Positions 1 to 15,509 of a stretch of 64,000 bases of DNA are shown piece after piece (the stretch's first letter is position 1; every line of letters starts with the position of its first letter). The notes under the pieces were generated by a model. The model searched no databases and was not told where the DNA came from. It was given only the letters and a program-made list of their open reading frames with translations. The stretch comes from the human T2T-CHM13v2.0 reference genome, Homo sapiens, in NCBI RefSeq assembly GCF_009914755.1, contig NC_060934.1. One strand, written 5' to 3'. The translations under genes and the position numbers were made by a program.

Positions 1-900
1 GAATACTGTTATTTGTTTCTTGTTTGTCCTTATGGAGTTTCTTTATGCAAGCAAATACAAATAGATACTTAGTTTCCCTTTCATATATAAGCAGAAGTGT
101 GCAAAGTACTCTTAGCAATGTGCTTTGGAGATCTTCCCATATAGGCACACAGGCATTAGCCTCATTTTCTTACAGGTGCATAGTATTTTACTGTACGCAG
201 GGTCTGTGATTTACTTAGTCCTCTACGGATGGGCCTTAAGGTTTCTATTCTTTTGCTGTTTTCAAACAAAGCTACATCACCTTGAATCTAAGTGTATCTG
301 AAAGAACTCTGACAAAAACTGTCAAATCGCACCAGTTTACATTCCCATCAGCCACGGTTCCCGTCTCCCCCCAGCCTCAGCAGAGTGCAAGAGCAGCTCT
401 AGAGTTTTGCTGCTCTGAGGTTTCCCAGATATGGTACATTTCTTTCCTCTTACTAAAAATGAGGCTGAGCATCTTTCCATATGTTTTAGACTCCTTAAAT
501 TCCTTTTCCCTTTTTTGTGAGCTGTCTGTTCAGATCTTTTGTCTATTTTGATAGTTTTAACTTTTTAAAAGGATTTCCAGAAATGTCTATATTAATATAT
601 TAGCCATTTGTTTGTGATGTGAGTGGCAAATAGTTTTCCTAGTTTTTTTTTTCTCTTTAGTGGGTTTTTTCCCCTTAGTGGAAAAGTGGCTTTAAAAAAT
701 ATATATTCAAATATATATATATTATTTACATAATATATATTTTATATAAATAAATGTATATGTGTGTGTTTGTGTAGAGAGAGATAGTTGATTTTTATCA
801 ATCTTTTCTTTCATGGTTTCTTAATTTTAAATCAGTTGGAAAGGTTTGCCAAATCCACAGCTATGAAGAAATTCTCCTGTTTTCTTCTAGTACTTATTAG

Positions 901-1336
<436 letters not shown>

Positions 1337-1650
1337 AATATTTTTGATTTTGAAAAAATTTAAGCCTGTACAAAGTAGAGACAATGCTATAATAAACTGG
1401 CATATACCCCCACCTAAATTCAACTGCTATCAAGGTTTTGTTATACTTCTTTCTTCTATCTCTTCTCTCTCTCTGACTCTGTCTCTCAACAAAATTATTT
1501 TAAAGTACACCCAAAATATCAACTCATTTTACCTCTATATACTTCAATATGCATTTTAAAATTATGAATATTTCCTTGTATAACTATAATGCTATTATAT
1601 GTAACAAAATTAACAATATTATTTGGTATCATCTAATACTTGATCTATAA

Positions 1651-2046
<396 letters not shown>

Positions 2047-3303
2047 TACACATTGAACTATTTAAATATTTGATCCATTAGAAATTTATCCTGGTGTGGG
2101 GCATGATTTATTCATTCTTCCTTATGGTTACCCAGTTGCCATTATGTTTATTGGGCAATCTAGTTTTCTTCGTTGACTTTAAATGACACGTTTCAAAATT
2201 TATGTATTCTCATATATATCTGGGACTACTTCTGGCTTTCTAATATGTTCTGCTGTCTTGTTTATTCACTTGCCAGTACCACATTATTTTAATTACTGAG
2301 GCTGTATAATGCATTCAATAACTGGCAGCTCTTGCTTATTTGTCCATGTGAACTTCGGAATCTCCTTGCCTAGTTTATTTTTTTTCTTAATGGTTGGTAT
2401 TTTATAAATTGAGAATGTGTAAAATGTAATAAATTAACTTAGGAAGAATTGATATATTTAGAACCTCAAACTTCCCTAATTTAGAACATGATTTTTTTTT
2501 TCAAATTCTTTTTTGTATTTTTTAGGAGTGCCTTCCAGTTGTTTACATAGATTTGACATGTTTCATGTTAAGTTATTCCCTGGTACTGAATTGCATTGTT
2601 ACTGTAGCAAGTGTGGTCTTTTCTTCCTCTGTAGTCTGTGAATGGGCTGCTGTTTGGAGGTACAGCTTTCCACAATGCCAACGTCTTGCTCTCTGCCTGA
2701 AAAGATGCCCCAAGGCCCAGCACACCCATGCTGTGACAAGCAGGGCACATCCCTGAGTCAGAGATGGAGCAGGTCAAGGCAGCTCAAGGCTTCCCATCCT
2801 GACTCCAACCCCTTCACGGGCAAGGCTCAAGGAGCTGGGAACCTGGAGTAAGAAGAAGATGTGAACTGAGTTGCGAAAATCAAACTCTAAGAGCTGGGAG
2901 GCTCTTTCCCATCAAGCTTCTAAGAAAGCTAAACTTTCTCTAATATGAGACGAATAATTTGCTATGAGATTAATGTAGATGCGCTGCAAGACAGGCATCT
3001 ATCCGATCATTCTTTTGGACTCACAGCAAAGCTTATCAAAGGCTGTCAGCAGTCACTCTATGCACAGCCCTGGATTTGGCAGTCACTTTGAGTATGGGAC
3101 TCTCTACTGCCCCCTCCCACCTACACAACATTACCCCCGCCTCCTCACCCCTTCAGGTGCCCTCACTCATGGCCAGGCTGGGCAGGATTAGCTTCTCTGC
3201 TGCAAGAGGGACGTCAAGGCAGTGGAAGTGGGGTTGGCAATTACCTCTGCTGCAAAGTCCTCTGGTTGAGACACCAGGCTTAGCCTGCCTTCCTGCCAAC
3301 TGT

Positions 3304-4997
3304 TGACAGCAGCAGTGGCCCATCTGGGGTGGCTGCTGTGAGGACGCCAGCTGCAGTGGGGAAGCCATGGCTGGGATTGTGCACTCTGTGGAGCTGGCAG
3401 GGGCCAGGAATAGGTGATCCCAGCAGGAGCCCTGCGCCCTACCAAGCTGGCAGGATGGGAGCCTGTTCTCCCAGGCAGTTGCAGCTGCCCAGCTGTGGAC
3501 CTGGGCATCCCTGCACTCTCCAGGGCCTGGGAAGCCCCCTATTCCTTCAGGCAGAGGTGCCTGTTCCCACTCTCTGGCCTCTCCTCTCTCCAAGTGCCCG
3601 CTCCAGTGCGAAGCAAAGTTGTGGCAGACCCAGCACCCTGCTGCCTCAGCCCTTTCTGGACTTCGGGCAGTGATGAGTGTGGGAGGGAGGCTGGGGGCAT
3701 TGAGGGCAGCTGAGCGTGGGCATGTGGGTGCCCCTCAGTGCAGATAGCCTGGGTGCCATGGATGGCATGTTGATGGCAGTGGGAGGCAGACAGGTTCCTA
3801 GGCAGGAAGGGGTGGGTCTCTAGTGAAACCCTACCTTTAAGCCAGGGATGGCCTGAAGCCTGGGGGCTCAGCTGTCCGTTCCAGGTGGAGTCCGCAACCT
3901 GGAGTGAGAACTTCACTGATGCCTTTTGGCCAATCAGATGGTGCTTTTTCCAGGCCTGCCTATGACCACCTATGGACCAATCAGCATGCCCTTCCTCCCT
4001 TCTGAGCCCTTAAAAACCCCAGACTCAGCCAGCCTAAGACACTTGTCTGGACCACCTGTAGAAAGGAGCTACCCACTTTGGGTCTCCTGACAGCTGTTCT
4101 GTCACTCAATAAAGCTCCTGCCTGCCTTGTTCACCCAGTTGTCTGCATAACCTCATTCTTCCTAGACACGGGACAAGAACTCAGGACCTGCTGAACGGCG
4201 GAAGTGAAAGGAGCTGTAACATGTTCTTGACCAGCTCGCTGAGCTGTGGGTGGTGACATGCTCCTGGGCTATGGGAGTAAAGGATGGCAACCCTTCTGGG
4301 GGCCCAGACCTCAGAGCTGGAGCTGCTGTTAACACTATAGCCCTCCCACCCTCTGCTGGTGCTGAGTGGCCACCCCACATGATGGGAAGCAGCAGTGGGG
4401 CTGGTCCAGCCCATGAGCCACGGGCCAGAGCAAGGTGGTGGGACTGAAAGAGCTGTAACACAAATGGGCTGAAACATGTCCCCCCACTCACCACACTGTA
4501 GATAACAAGAAGTAGAGAAGAGCTGCAGCCCTTCTGGAAGCCCAGACCTTGGTGCTCCCTGAGCCATGGCTGTGACATGCTGTAACACCTATTTGGGGAC
4601 TCTGCAGTTCCTGGTGTCTCTGAGCTTTCGGGCACCACCACATTCCCTTTATCCAGACGCTGGTGCCCACAGTGGAAGCCACTTGTGGCACATCTGGTCC
4701 AGCCGCAGCCTCAAAGGGAGCTGGCATATGGAGCTTCCCACCCTGCCACAGCAGCCAGCGTGCCTGGCTGTGCAGTGGCCAGACCCTGTGTTCACTCACT
4801 CACATACCCACTTGCTGCTCCATGCCTGGCTTGCCCTTGGCAGGCATGGGATCCAGGCTGGTAGCACAAGCTGAGCACATCTTGCTGGGCTGAGTGGACG
4901 GAACAAGTCCAGCAGGCATGAGCAAAACTCAGGCAGAGGTGCCACCAGCAACAGAGGTTTCCAGCTGGTAAAGCGACACCCTAAGGATCCTGTGACA
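3304..4997 (+). mobile_element. Solo ERV1 LTR, MER52 family (MER52A-like)
   Basis: TG...CA ends, 4-bp TSD CTGT (3300-3303, 4998-5001), MER52-type termini, CCAAT at 3930 and 3977, AATAAA at 4108. Confidence 0.85.
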
Positions 4998-5440
4998 CTG
5001 TGACCTCCCTCCCCCTGAGAGACTGGTAAGGACTGGACAGGCTCATCACCGTGAAGTCAGAGCAACCCCTCACCCTTTTCTCATTTCCACACTGTGGCGG
5101 GCTCCCTGCCAATCTGGGTAGTTTGTCCCAATTTTATCTCTGAGTTCTTGCAGATCTCTATCTCCAATCAGTTCCTCAACCTGGGCAATTCTTCCCTCAC
5201 GCCCCACCCTCGTCCCTTCCTTTCCCTCCTCGCTGCCATCATTGCAGAATCTGAGACTTGTACAATCACAACAGCCTCTGAATTACCTCTGGTGGTGTCT
5301 CCTCCTCCTCTCCATCCTCCATAGGGCCACAGCATCTGTTCCTTCCAGACTCCCAAGGTTTGCCATTGTCCATAAACACACACCACTTGTTTTGTCAATC
5401 AAGGCTCTCCCCTGCCCAAACAAGCTCCATTCACTCTGCA

Positions 5441-5707
5441 TTTTTTTTTTTTTTGAGACAGGGTCTCGCTCTGTCACCCAGGCTGGAGTGCAGTAGCATG
5501 GTCCTCAGCTCACTGCAACCTCCACTTCCTGGGTTTAAGCAGTTCTCCAGGCATGCTCCACTATGCCTGGCTAACTTTTGTATTTTTAGTAGAGACGAGG
5601 TTTCACCATGTTGCCCAGGCTGATCTCAAACTCTTGGCCTCAAATGATCCTCCTGCCTCAACCTCCCAAAGTGTTGGGATTACAGGCGTGAGCCACTGCA
5701 CCCTGCC
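5441..5707 (-). mobile_element. Alu (J/S) with small deletion
   Basis: Antisense Alu dimer. Confidence 0.9.
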
Positions 5708-7882
5708 CATTCTACCTTCATGTGTCCTTTCCTCCTGCCCACCAACCTCCATCTTTTCATGAATCAAAAATCCCACCCACCCTTTGGGCCTATGAAACCT
5801 TCCCAGACTCCCTCAGCCCCTGGCTCCTCATTTCCTGTAACTCCTGTGCAGTGCATCACTTGTGATTCTTTAGGTGCACTCTCGCTCATGCATTTCTGAG
5901 CTGCTGAAGGAGGCTCTTCGCTACCCAAAGCACACTGGCCCCGTAACTGTGTTCAGCTCACTTTTGTGCCCAGAGCCATCAGCTACTTCATAATTACCAT
6001 GGACACTCTTCTGCTCTTTCCACATGAATCACCTTGATTTCTAGTTGCCTTTTTGGATACCAATAAGTAACACTTATACCCAACTCACTAAGTGCCTGAG
6101 AGGAATGTCGCCCCCTCCTTCCTCAGTCAAGTATCCTCACTGGAGCATGATCTACAGTCCCGCCGTCTATTCCTGCCTTGCCTATATCCCTGTGAATGCA
6201 ATTCTTGGTTAACTCTTGTTTAGTGAGAAGGAAGCTTGTTCATTATCTTCAGTATACTGCTCCTTCACACTTTCAAAAAAAGCACTTGAAAGTCCCTCAT
6301 TTTAGAGGCTTGATCTGTTTTAAACATAAGGACTGGATGCTGGTATGGCCACAGCTCTAGCCTGTCTAGAATAGGGACCGAGGTGGGGGGACTGCTGGAA
6401 CGTGTCAAGTGGTTACTCATCCCCAACTACTCCCAAGCAGGACGGCATGTAATAAGTCTCATTTTAGCTCTGACAGGCGTGTCACTATGACATATGATGG
6501 TTCAAACACTGGCCCTTGTTTAAGATAAAGAGCATTTGACATTTTTTAGCATTCTAGAATATTTTGGAGAGGAATCAGGAGCAAACCAATGCCAAAGGTA
6601 AAGAAGTCTGAATTTAAGGGGTAGCAAAAGGTAAGGATAGTTATTGTCAGATGTGGTTAAAAGGTAGGCAGGACCCCAGCTCTGCAGAATCGTGCAGGTG
6701 AGGCAAAGGAGCATCTCAGAAGCGAAGCTGCTACTTACGAGAACTTCTGGTCTCAACCAGTCAGAACTCAGAGTGAATCCTTCAAGGTGACTGGAGCCAA
6801 CTGGTTCCCTGAGACCCCCTACCCTTGGGACAGCTTAAAGGCTTAAGACTGCAGATGGGTATTATTAGAAAATGGGGCCACGCCAGAACCAGGGGGAGAA
6901 TCTCTCATTCCATGGACTTTACGCTCCAGGAGATACCAAATGGCCCAGTGGGAGGGTGGGGTTTGGAATGCCATGGAATCTGTTAGCAATATGCTGGCTC
7001 GTTTTTCTCCAGAAATATTCTGCCTGCCCTAGGGGGTAGCTCAGATGTTGGCAGGACTCACCTCCTCAGCTATCTCAGGAAAAAAAAAATCGATCCTCAG
7101 CCCTTTTTCCCATTGCAAGTCATAAGAGAATGTGTTTCCACCCCAGGGTAGCATGTGCCAGCCAGGTGGTGAGGTCATTCGAGCAAGGGTCCCAGGGAAT
7201 AGGAGGAGCATGGACAGTCGGTTGACTATGGATCCTCAACAGCCAACAGAGAAGTAATCAGACCCCTTGTTCCAGTGATTCTCAGGGAAAATATTTTAGA
7301 GTTCCCTGCTCTCTGTTTATCTCCTTTCTAGCTTCTTGTGTATTGGTAGTGACATCAGGCAGTGAAATGACTGACCATTCTTTACATCATCCATGGTATC
7401 AGGGATGGAGTTGGAAGTGAGGCTTTTTGGTGGGTTGGGTGGAATTATAGGGGAATCACTTGCACGCTGATAAAGGACCTCCCTCCTTGTGAGACTCAGA
7501 GTTTGGGGGCAGTGCTGTCCTCCCAGGGTGCTCTGCCAAATATGCTTAAGTTCAACAGATAACTTGTATTTCAAAGAAACAGCTCTGGAGCTCTGCACCC
7601 AGAAAACACAAGAAGAGGACATCATGAGTTCTCTTGGATGTTAAATGTGATTTTCTAAGAGATTTATGTTATGCAGTTAAGAAAAGAAAAAACATAGCAA
7701 AGGAAAAAAGATTTCAAAAAGTTTAAAAAACGTAGATCCTTAGTAAATGTGCTTTTCCTAGTCACAAACGTCCAATCTGTACAGGACAATTAGGACAATG
7801 TTCACAAAGCCCCATGCTGGTGGGTTCACTCAAGCTGATGGCTGGATGGCACTGGGCCAAGATGCTATAGAAGGAGGGATGA

Positions 7883-8178
7883 GGCTGGGCGTGGTGGTTC
7901 ACGCTTGTAATCCCAGCGCTTTGGGAGGCTGAGGTGGGCGGATCACAAGGTCAAGAGATTGAGACCATCCCGGCCAACATGGTGAAACCTGGTCTCTACT
8001 AAAAATACAAAAAACTAGCTGGGTGTGGTGGCACGTGCCTGTAGTACCAGCTACTCGGGAGGCTGAGAAGGGGAATTGCTTGAACCCAGGAGGCAGAAGT
8101 TGCAGTGAGCTGAGATTGTGCCATTGCCCTCCAGCCTGGTGACAGAGAGACTCCATCTCAAAAAAAAAAAAAAAAAAA
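7883..8178 (+). mobile_element. AluSc-like
   Basis: GGTCAAGAGAT diagnostic, A tail, TSD AGGAGGGATG. Confidence 0.9.
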
Positions 8179-8317
8179 GAAGAAGGAGGAGGGATGCGGG
8201 CCGAATGAGTGATGCTCTGGTGCAGTGGAGAGGTTGATAATACCTACCCTCTGGTTTTGAGTAAATAGGTCTGGGTGGGGACCAGAAAGCCATATTTTTC
8301 AAGATCTTTATCAAGTA

Positions 8318-8617
8318 TTTTATTTATTTATTTATTTAGAGTGGGGTGTTGCTCTGTTGCTCAGGCCGGAGTGCAGTGGCGCAATCAAGGCTCACTGCAA
8401 CCTCGAACTCCTGGGCTCAAGCAATGCTTCTGCCTCAGCCTTGCAAAGTGCTGGGATTACAAGTGCATATTACCATGCCCAGCCACTTAAAAAAATTTTT
8501 TTTTGTAAAGATGGAGGTCTCACTATGTTGCCAGGGCTTGTCTTGAACTCCTGGGCTCAAGTGATCCTCCTGCGTAGGCCTCTCAAAGTGCTGGGATTAC
8601 AGGCGTGGGGCCTGGCC
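8318..8617 (-). mobile_element. AluJ-like, inside a MER5-like remnant
   Basis: Antisense Alu. Confidence 0.85.
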
Positions 8618-9251
8618 ATTTATCAAGGAGTTCTAATGATCATCCAATTTGGAAAACAATAACCTTGATGAATGATGATCTGTTCCAAACCCATGGTGAT
8701 ATGGTTCTAGTTGAAATATTTTATTTCAGTGAATCCAGAATTTTCCCTGGATGAATAAATATGCAGATACTCACCTATAATTTGACATTGCAACCGGAAG
8801 AATATTCTCTTCTTTTACGTATTTTTTAAAGGATTGACCTAAGGGTACTAAAATCCAGATAATCACCTTACATATGAATTCCAAAAGCCCAACGAACTCA
8901 TCAGTAAGAAAGTTTTCCTTTCCCCTTATGGAATGTATGAGACCACTGTGGTCAAGGTTTCCTCGGTGAATCAGCTGCAGAATCCTGGCTAAGTCTTAGG
9001 CACTGAGCTCAGCCTCCTCAGGAAACTGGCTCTGGAATGGCCACTGAGGCACCAGAAATAGGAGCTTTCTATTATCACTAACTATACCACAACAGAACCT
9101 TTTAAAGCCATTTTTTTTAAAAAATTAAAGGATATTAAATCATTTCCCTAGATTTTGTGGAAATCATAGGCTCAAATCATTTACTTTTATCACTGAAGTT
9201 ACAAAAAGAATTACAATAACATTTTAGTTAAAAAAAATATAATTGCAGCAT

Positions 9252-9802
9252 GATCTAGGACCAGAAATACCATTTGACCCAGCAATCCCATTACTGGATA
9301 TATACACAAAGGATTATAAATCATTCTACTATAAAGACACATGCACACATATGATTACTGCAGCACTGTTCACAATAGCAAAGACTTGGAACCAACCCAA
9401 ATGCCCATCAATGATAGACTGGATAAAGAAAATATGGCACATATACACCATGGAATACTATGCAGCCCTAAAAAAGGATGAGTTCATGTCCTTTGCAGGG
9501 ACATGGATGAAGCTGGAAACCATCATTCTCAGCAAACTAACACAGGAACAGAAAACCAAACACCACATGTTCTCACTCCAAAGTGGGAGCTGAACAATGA
9601 GAACACATGGACACAGGGAGGGAAACATCATACACCGGGGCCTGTCAGAGGATGGGGGCATAGGGGAGGGACAGCATTAGGAGAAATACCTAATGTAAAT
9701 GATGAGTTAATGGGTTCAGCAAACCAACATGGCACATGTATACCTATGTAACAAACCTGCATGTTCTGCACATGTATCCCAGAACTTAAAGTATAAAAAA
9801 AA
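9252..9802 (+). mobile_element. 5'-truncated L1PA (about PA7/8): ORF2 C-terminus, 3' UTR and A tail
   Basis: ORF 9243-9593 reads PFDPAIPLL...HIYTMEYYAA...HMFSL (L1 ORF2p end); typical L1PA 3' UTR. Confidence 0.95.
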
Positions 9803-9899
9803 TCCTTGCAGCTTATGGTTAAAATGAAATCCACGAATCATTTGGGTCCTAATGAAGATTAATCATCATCATTCAATAAACATGCCCATGCTGCAAGTG

Positions 9900-10070
9900 G
9901 CGCTTTTGGTGTTCTACAGGCATAAACCTATCTGATCCTCATAACAACTCTATGTGATATGTACTACTATCATTCCCATTTTACAGATGAGGAAATTGAG
10001 GCAGAAGTTAAGTTATCCCCCCATGCTAATACAAATCATAACAAAAAGTGTTGGAATTTGAACCAACACT
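9900..10070 (-). mobile_element. MIR (others at ~22280-22400, 38430-38530, 51930-52100)
   Basis: CCCATTTTACAGATGAGGAAATTGAGGC core. Confidence 0.8.
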
Positions 10071-11101
10071 AGTAGCTTCAGCGGCCACAGAGAAGGCCCA
10101 CAGTCAGACTTGAGGTTAGCAAAGCTTTTAAGGTAAATGACAGCATCTATTTAAGAAACAGACCAAACAATTGCTATTTTTTAAAAAACTATCATATCAC
10201 AATCGAAGGATTGATCTTATCTCATTTGCTTTAGCTTTAATTAAAGAATTTTCTAGATGTTTGCCACCTTGTTTCTTAGCCTTTTAAAATGATCCTACTT
10301 CTCCCAGCTGTTTCTTAACATACAATGGTGTATTATTATTTACCATATTTTCCCCACCAATTCACAAAGCAAATGCAACACAGCACTGGATCAAATGACA
10401 GATTTGATTTCAATTTTGTTGGCAGTAACTTCTGTGTTTAATTACTCATTGTGTTAAAAGCTAAAGCTGGTTATTCCTCGCTTGTCACCTGCAGTATAAA
10501 AATGGAACTATCTAAAACAAAAACACTTAATTACTTTCCTTCTGGAGAAGGTTTGAATGAATCAGAAGTGTCACAAAGCAAATTTTCACTAGGGAGCTTG
10601 ACAGATGAAGAAATCAAACAGGCTTTCAGCTCTGTGTACTTTCAGTCTTTCTGCTCATTCAAGTATGTGTGTTCCATTCATTAATTTCTTCATTTCACAA
10701 ATATTTATTGCTATATATCAAGCATTGGGCAGTAATGGTTAGAAGTCCTAAATATCAGGCATAATATCAAATTTAAGTACAAAAATGTTTTCCAAATCCT
10801 GTTCAGATTTGTTTAGAGATATCTGCCTCTTTGAAATATACTATTTTCAGAATAATTCAGAGTTTGCCATAAACTCCCACACTGACTTCCTCACATTTAT
10901 TTCAGCCAAGCAAATTTAAACAGAAGTTGATGCTTTTCCTACACAATTTGCAATGACATGGCATGATACCCCATATCTAAATAATATGCTTATACAGATG
11001 ACCAAATTTAGTTTTTGTTTAAATCTTTATCAATTCAAGGTTATTTCAGCACATAGGTGGGTGGCTTATTAAACCTTTACTATTTGAGAAATTGCATTTC
11101 C

Positions 11102-11323
11102 TTTTTATTTTCCTCCTGGGTTCAAGCGATTCTCGTGCCTCAGCATCCCAAGTAGCTGGGACTACAGGTGTGTGCCACCTTGCCCAGCTAATTTTTGTAT
11201 TTTAGTAGAGGCAGGGTTTCACCATGTTGCACGGGCTGGTCTTAAACTCCTGAACTCAGGCAATCCACCCACTTCGGCCTCCCAAAGTGTTAGGATCACA
11301 GGCATAAGCCATCGCACCCAGCC
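11102..11323 (-). mobile_element. AluS lacking the 3' part of the right arm
   Basis: Antisense Alu. Confidence 0.85.
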
Positions 11324-11535
11324 TGTATTTCCATTTTTAAGACAAAAGCGTGTAAACTCGTTCTGAGGTTCGGGCAATTGTGATATATAATACATGCAAG
11401 TTAGTCCAAAATCAAGTAAAATATACAATAAACTGACATACAAGACAGATTCCAATAAACAAAATGTCACACTGAAAACACAGTAATCTGATATTAGGAT
11501 TTATTGTACTGCACTGATATTTTTTATGTAAAGCA

Positions 11536-12607
<1,072 letters not shown>

Positions 12608-13030
12608 CTACTTAAGAAAATCTCCACCAAGGATGCAGATGTAAACTACTTTTTGGAGATTCATTGGAAGCATCCTTACGAGGTGACAGTGACTATGAGC
12701 TTTTGGTGGACACTCCAAAATATACAGTCTACTTGCTGGTGGACTCCAAGTTTTCAATAGAGATTACACTTTTCTCAAATTAGTTTCAGTGTGGCTCTCT
12801 ATGGAACAATAGAAATAATAAAGCCGGCCAATGCAGGCCAAATTTGACAGCAAATGGAGATAACTGATTTAAAAGACAGATGCCTGAAAGAACAGTCCAC
12901 AGTCTGGCCAAGACGTTAAGAGGTTTTCAAGTCCTAAAGTACCAGCCATCATTACATTATCATGGGCCATATGAAAACATCCTGCAGCCTCTAATCCATG
13001 ATAAAGTGATGGGACGTGCACAGAGACTGT

Positions 13031-13102
13031 TGTAAGGAGCTCGCTGACACAGGCAGGAGACCACTGTGTAAGGAGCTTGCTGACGCAGGCAGGAGAGCAC
13101 TG
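13031..13102. repeat. 2 x 36-bp tandem duplication
   Basis: TGTAAGGAGCT(C/T)GCTGAC(A/G)CAGGCAGGAGA(C/G)CACTG. Confidence 0.9.
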
Positions 13103-13708
13103 TTCTCCTGGGGAGGCGGGCTAATCCTGTCCTCTTGAGGAGGGAGGGTGTTTAAATGCATTTGATTTTAGTGAAAGCTCTAGAAAGCGCCAAAAATCCA
13201 ACAGCTGCACACAGTTCCGATTAGGAACCATGACCTCAACTCGTAATTTTTGGGAAAGGAGGATTTATTGTATTGTTTGTCAAATTCAAGTTTTATTTTA
13301 TGTCCATAAAGCTGTGGAAAGGAAAACACCGTCTTTTCTGACTACAACAGGCTGTTTGCAGCTCCCTGACAATATGACACCCTGCTGAAGAAGCACAGCC
13401 TCTGGGGCTTCAGGTAGGATTTTTCTGGATTACTGGTTGCACAAAGCAAAAGTCAAAGCATGTTCAGACCCCAGCCTTCCTAAGCTCTGCTTCTCACACA
13501 GACCCACCATGCCTGGCCCAGCCTGGACGCTCTTGACCACCTTCAAAGCCCAAATGCCTTCTTTTCACTCATGTGTGACGACTATCTAGTTACAAGGATA
13601 CAAGCAGTCCCCAGAGAATTTACTGGGTCTTTTCAGAGGCAATAGGCTCTGCCCCAAACCCTGGACTACTCCTTTCCTTCCAGGTTACAAATAAGCTCTT
13701 GCAGCAGA

Positions 13709-13878
13709 TTTTTTTTTTTTTTTGAGACAAGGTGTCGCTTTGTCATCCAGGCTGGAGTGCGGTGGCGCAATCAGAGCTCACTGTAGCCTCAAACTCCTGG
13801 ACTCAGGGAATTCCCGCCCCCTCAGCCTCCTGAGTAGCTGGGACTACGGGCATAGGCCACCGTAGACAGCTAATTTTC
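13709..13878 (-). mobile_element. Alu right monomer (FRAM/AluJ)
   Basis: Antisense right arm with T tail. Confidence 0.85.
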
Positions 13879-14798
13879 AGCAAACACCTTAACACAGAGA
13901 GCCAGTGTGGCCACCAAGTGCTCCACTGCCCCTTAAACAGGTAGGAAGGGGATTTTGGGCTAAAAGTGGCAACTCAAGATCCAGGTAGCTTTGTCTAAAG
14001 TAGCCCAGTAACAATCGAACCCCTGAACGGAAAGATAATCAAACACAGAACAAACCATGGCCATGGCCAGAGGCGCTAGAATTTAAACTGGAAGCCGTGA
14101 AAATTCTTTGAATTTCTTAGAGGACTGACAGAAGTCATTATGCGCAAAAAAAATTGTATTCCCCCAGTCATCCACGTTTACATTCTATGAGATACTTTGT
14201 TTGCTGAAGAATACACGTTTTAGGAGATTTTCAGTCCCAGAGAAGAAATATTTTCAAATGGATTGTGACTCCCTGCGGATGCGTATGTGAGGAAAACCAG
14301 GGATGTGAAGGTCAGGATTTTGTGCAAACTTTAATGACTCTTCTGCCAAAATGATTTTGTTCAGTTAAAACTAAAACTAACCAGACGTATGACACATATT
14401 TACAGTCAGGGTCAAGAGTGTTTACTCTTCAGCAGTTAGCTTTGAAAACAAAAGAGCTTTGACCACAGATGGACTGAAGGGAACCAAAGCTGGAATGGAG
14501 AGCTCCCTGGAAGTGTAAGAGCCAAACTCACAGCCCTGCTTTCCAAAGCCCACCACTTCCAGGAGTCGGCCATGAATTCAGATGATGAGCTTCGTGGCAA
14601 TATCTATTTTTAAAGGCCAGCACACACACATACAATATGATATGGTTTCCCTGAGAAAGCCACAACTGCCAAATAATTACCACATTTCTAATTTTAAATT
14701 TGAGTTAACAAACACCAAAGCATAAGCTGAGGGTTGATTTTAATTTTTGCTCTACTAAAATCAAACTCGATTGTCATGTACTCATTTTCTCCTCATTA

Positions 14799-14872
14799 CA
14801 AACTACATTTTAAAAAATATTATGACAAACTACATTTTTAAAAAGATTATTGCAAACTACATTTTTTTTAAA
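14799..14872. repeat. 3 x 27-bp minisatellite
   Basis: CAAACTACATTTT at 14799, 14826, 14853. Confidence 0.9.
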
Positions 14873-15209
14873 TGTGGATTTTTTTGGATGTTACGCATAC
14901 ATAGGTACACATACATGTATAATACATACATACACAAAGATAACAGAGAAGAAAAAATGACCAATCCTAAGAAGAAATAACAGCTTCTTTCCACAAGGTA
15001 TCATGAAGCCTAGAAATCAGAATTCATGTTTCAAATTATAATAATTTTTAAAGTTTTTTTAGTATTAGCAATATTAAGAAAGCCATCAGAACCGTGTAAA
15101 TGGAGACATATTATGTATATACTATGCATGTTTTAAAAATTATCATTGCACACATTAAAATCAGTCAAACTTACAGATATCCATAGCCATGTTGTTATGT
15201 CTTGAAGAT

Positions 15210-15389
15210 GAAAGGGGAGAAACAGAAAGAGAATAAGAGAAAAGAGAATATAGGAAGAGATGAAGAGGAAAGAGGAGAGGAAAAGAGAAGGAAAAGGAAG
15301 GAAAAGAAAAGAAAGAAAAGAAGGGAAAAGAGAGGAAGGGAAAGGGGGAGAGAGAGCAAAAGGAAAGAGGTGGGAGAGAAAGGAGAGGA
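15210..15389. repeat. GA-rich polypurine tract
   Basis: About 180 bp almost entirely A/G. Confidence 0.9.
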
Positions 15390-15433
15390 CTCCCCTTATA
15401 GTGTCCCTAAATATTCACCCACCCTCTGACAAA

Positions 15434-15509
15434 CCAAATAAGGGCAGGTGGCAACTCGGATAGTCAACTGTGCGGTTATTTTAAAAACGTTCATTCAGTG
15501 CAACAGCTG
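15434..15509. promoter_or_regulatory. Candidate SRF/bHLH intronic enhancer
   Basis: CArG CCAAATAAGG 15434-15443; E-boxes CAGGTG 15445, CAACTG 15465, CAGCTG 15504. Confidence 0.45.

Noticed and set aside
3076-4893. Dense overlapping ORFs up to 159 aa
   Set aside because: GC-rich MER52 LTR; no gag/pol/env motifs.
8769-8820. Strong minus-strand donor TAG|GTGAGT (similar one at 53908)
   Set aside because: No convincing partner acceptor and no in-frame ATG; such motifs are expected by chance.
9243-9593. 116-aa ORF with clear protein homology
   Set aside because: C-terminal remnant of L1 ORF2 in a truncated copy with no promoter.
13031-14872. Short direct repeats as a CRISPR-like array
   Set aside because: Eukaryotic DNA; tandem units without unique spacers and no cas genes.
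15202-15463. K/E/R-rich ORFs
   Set aside because: Translation of the purine tract.
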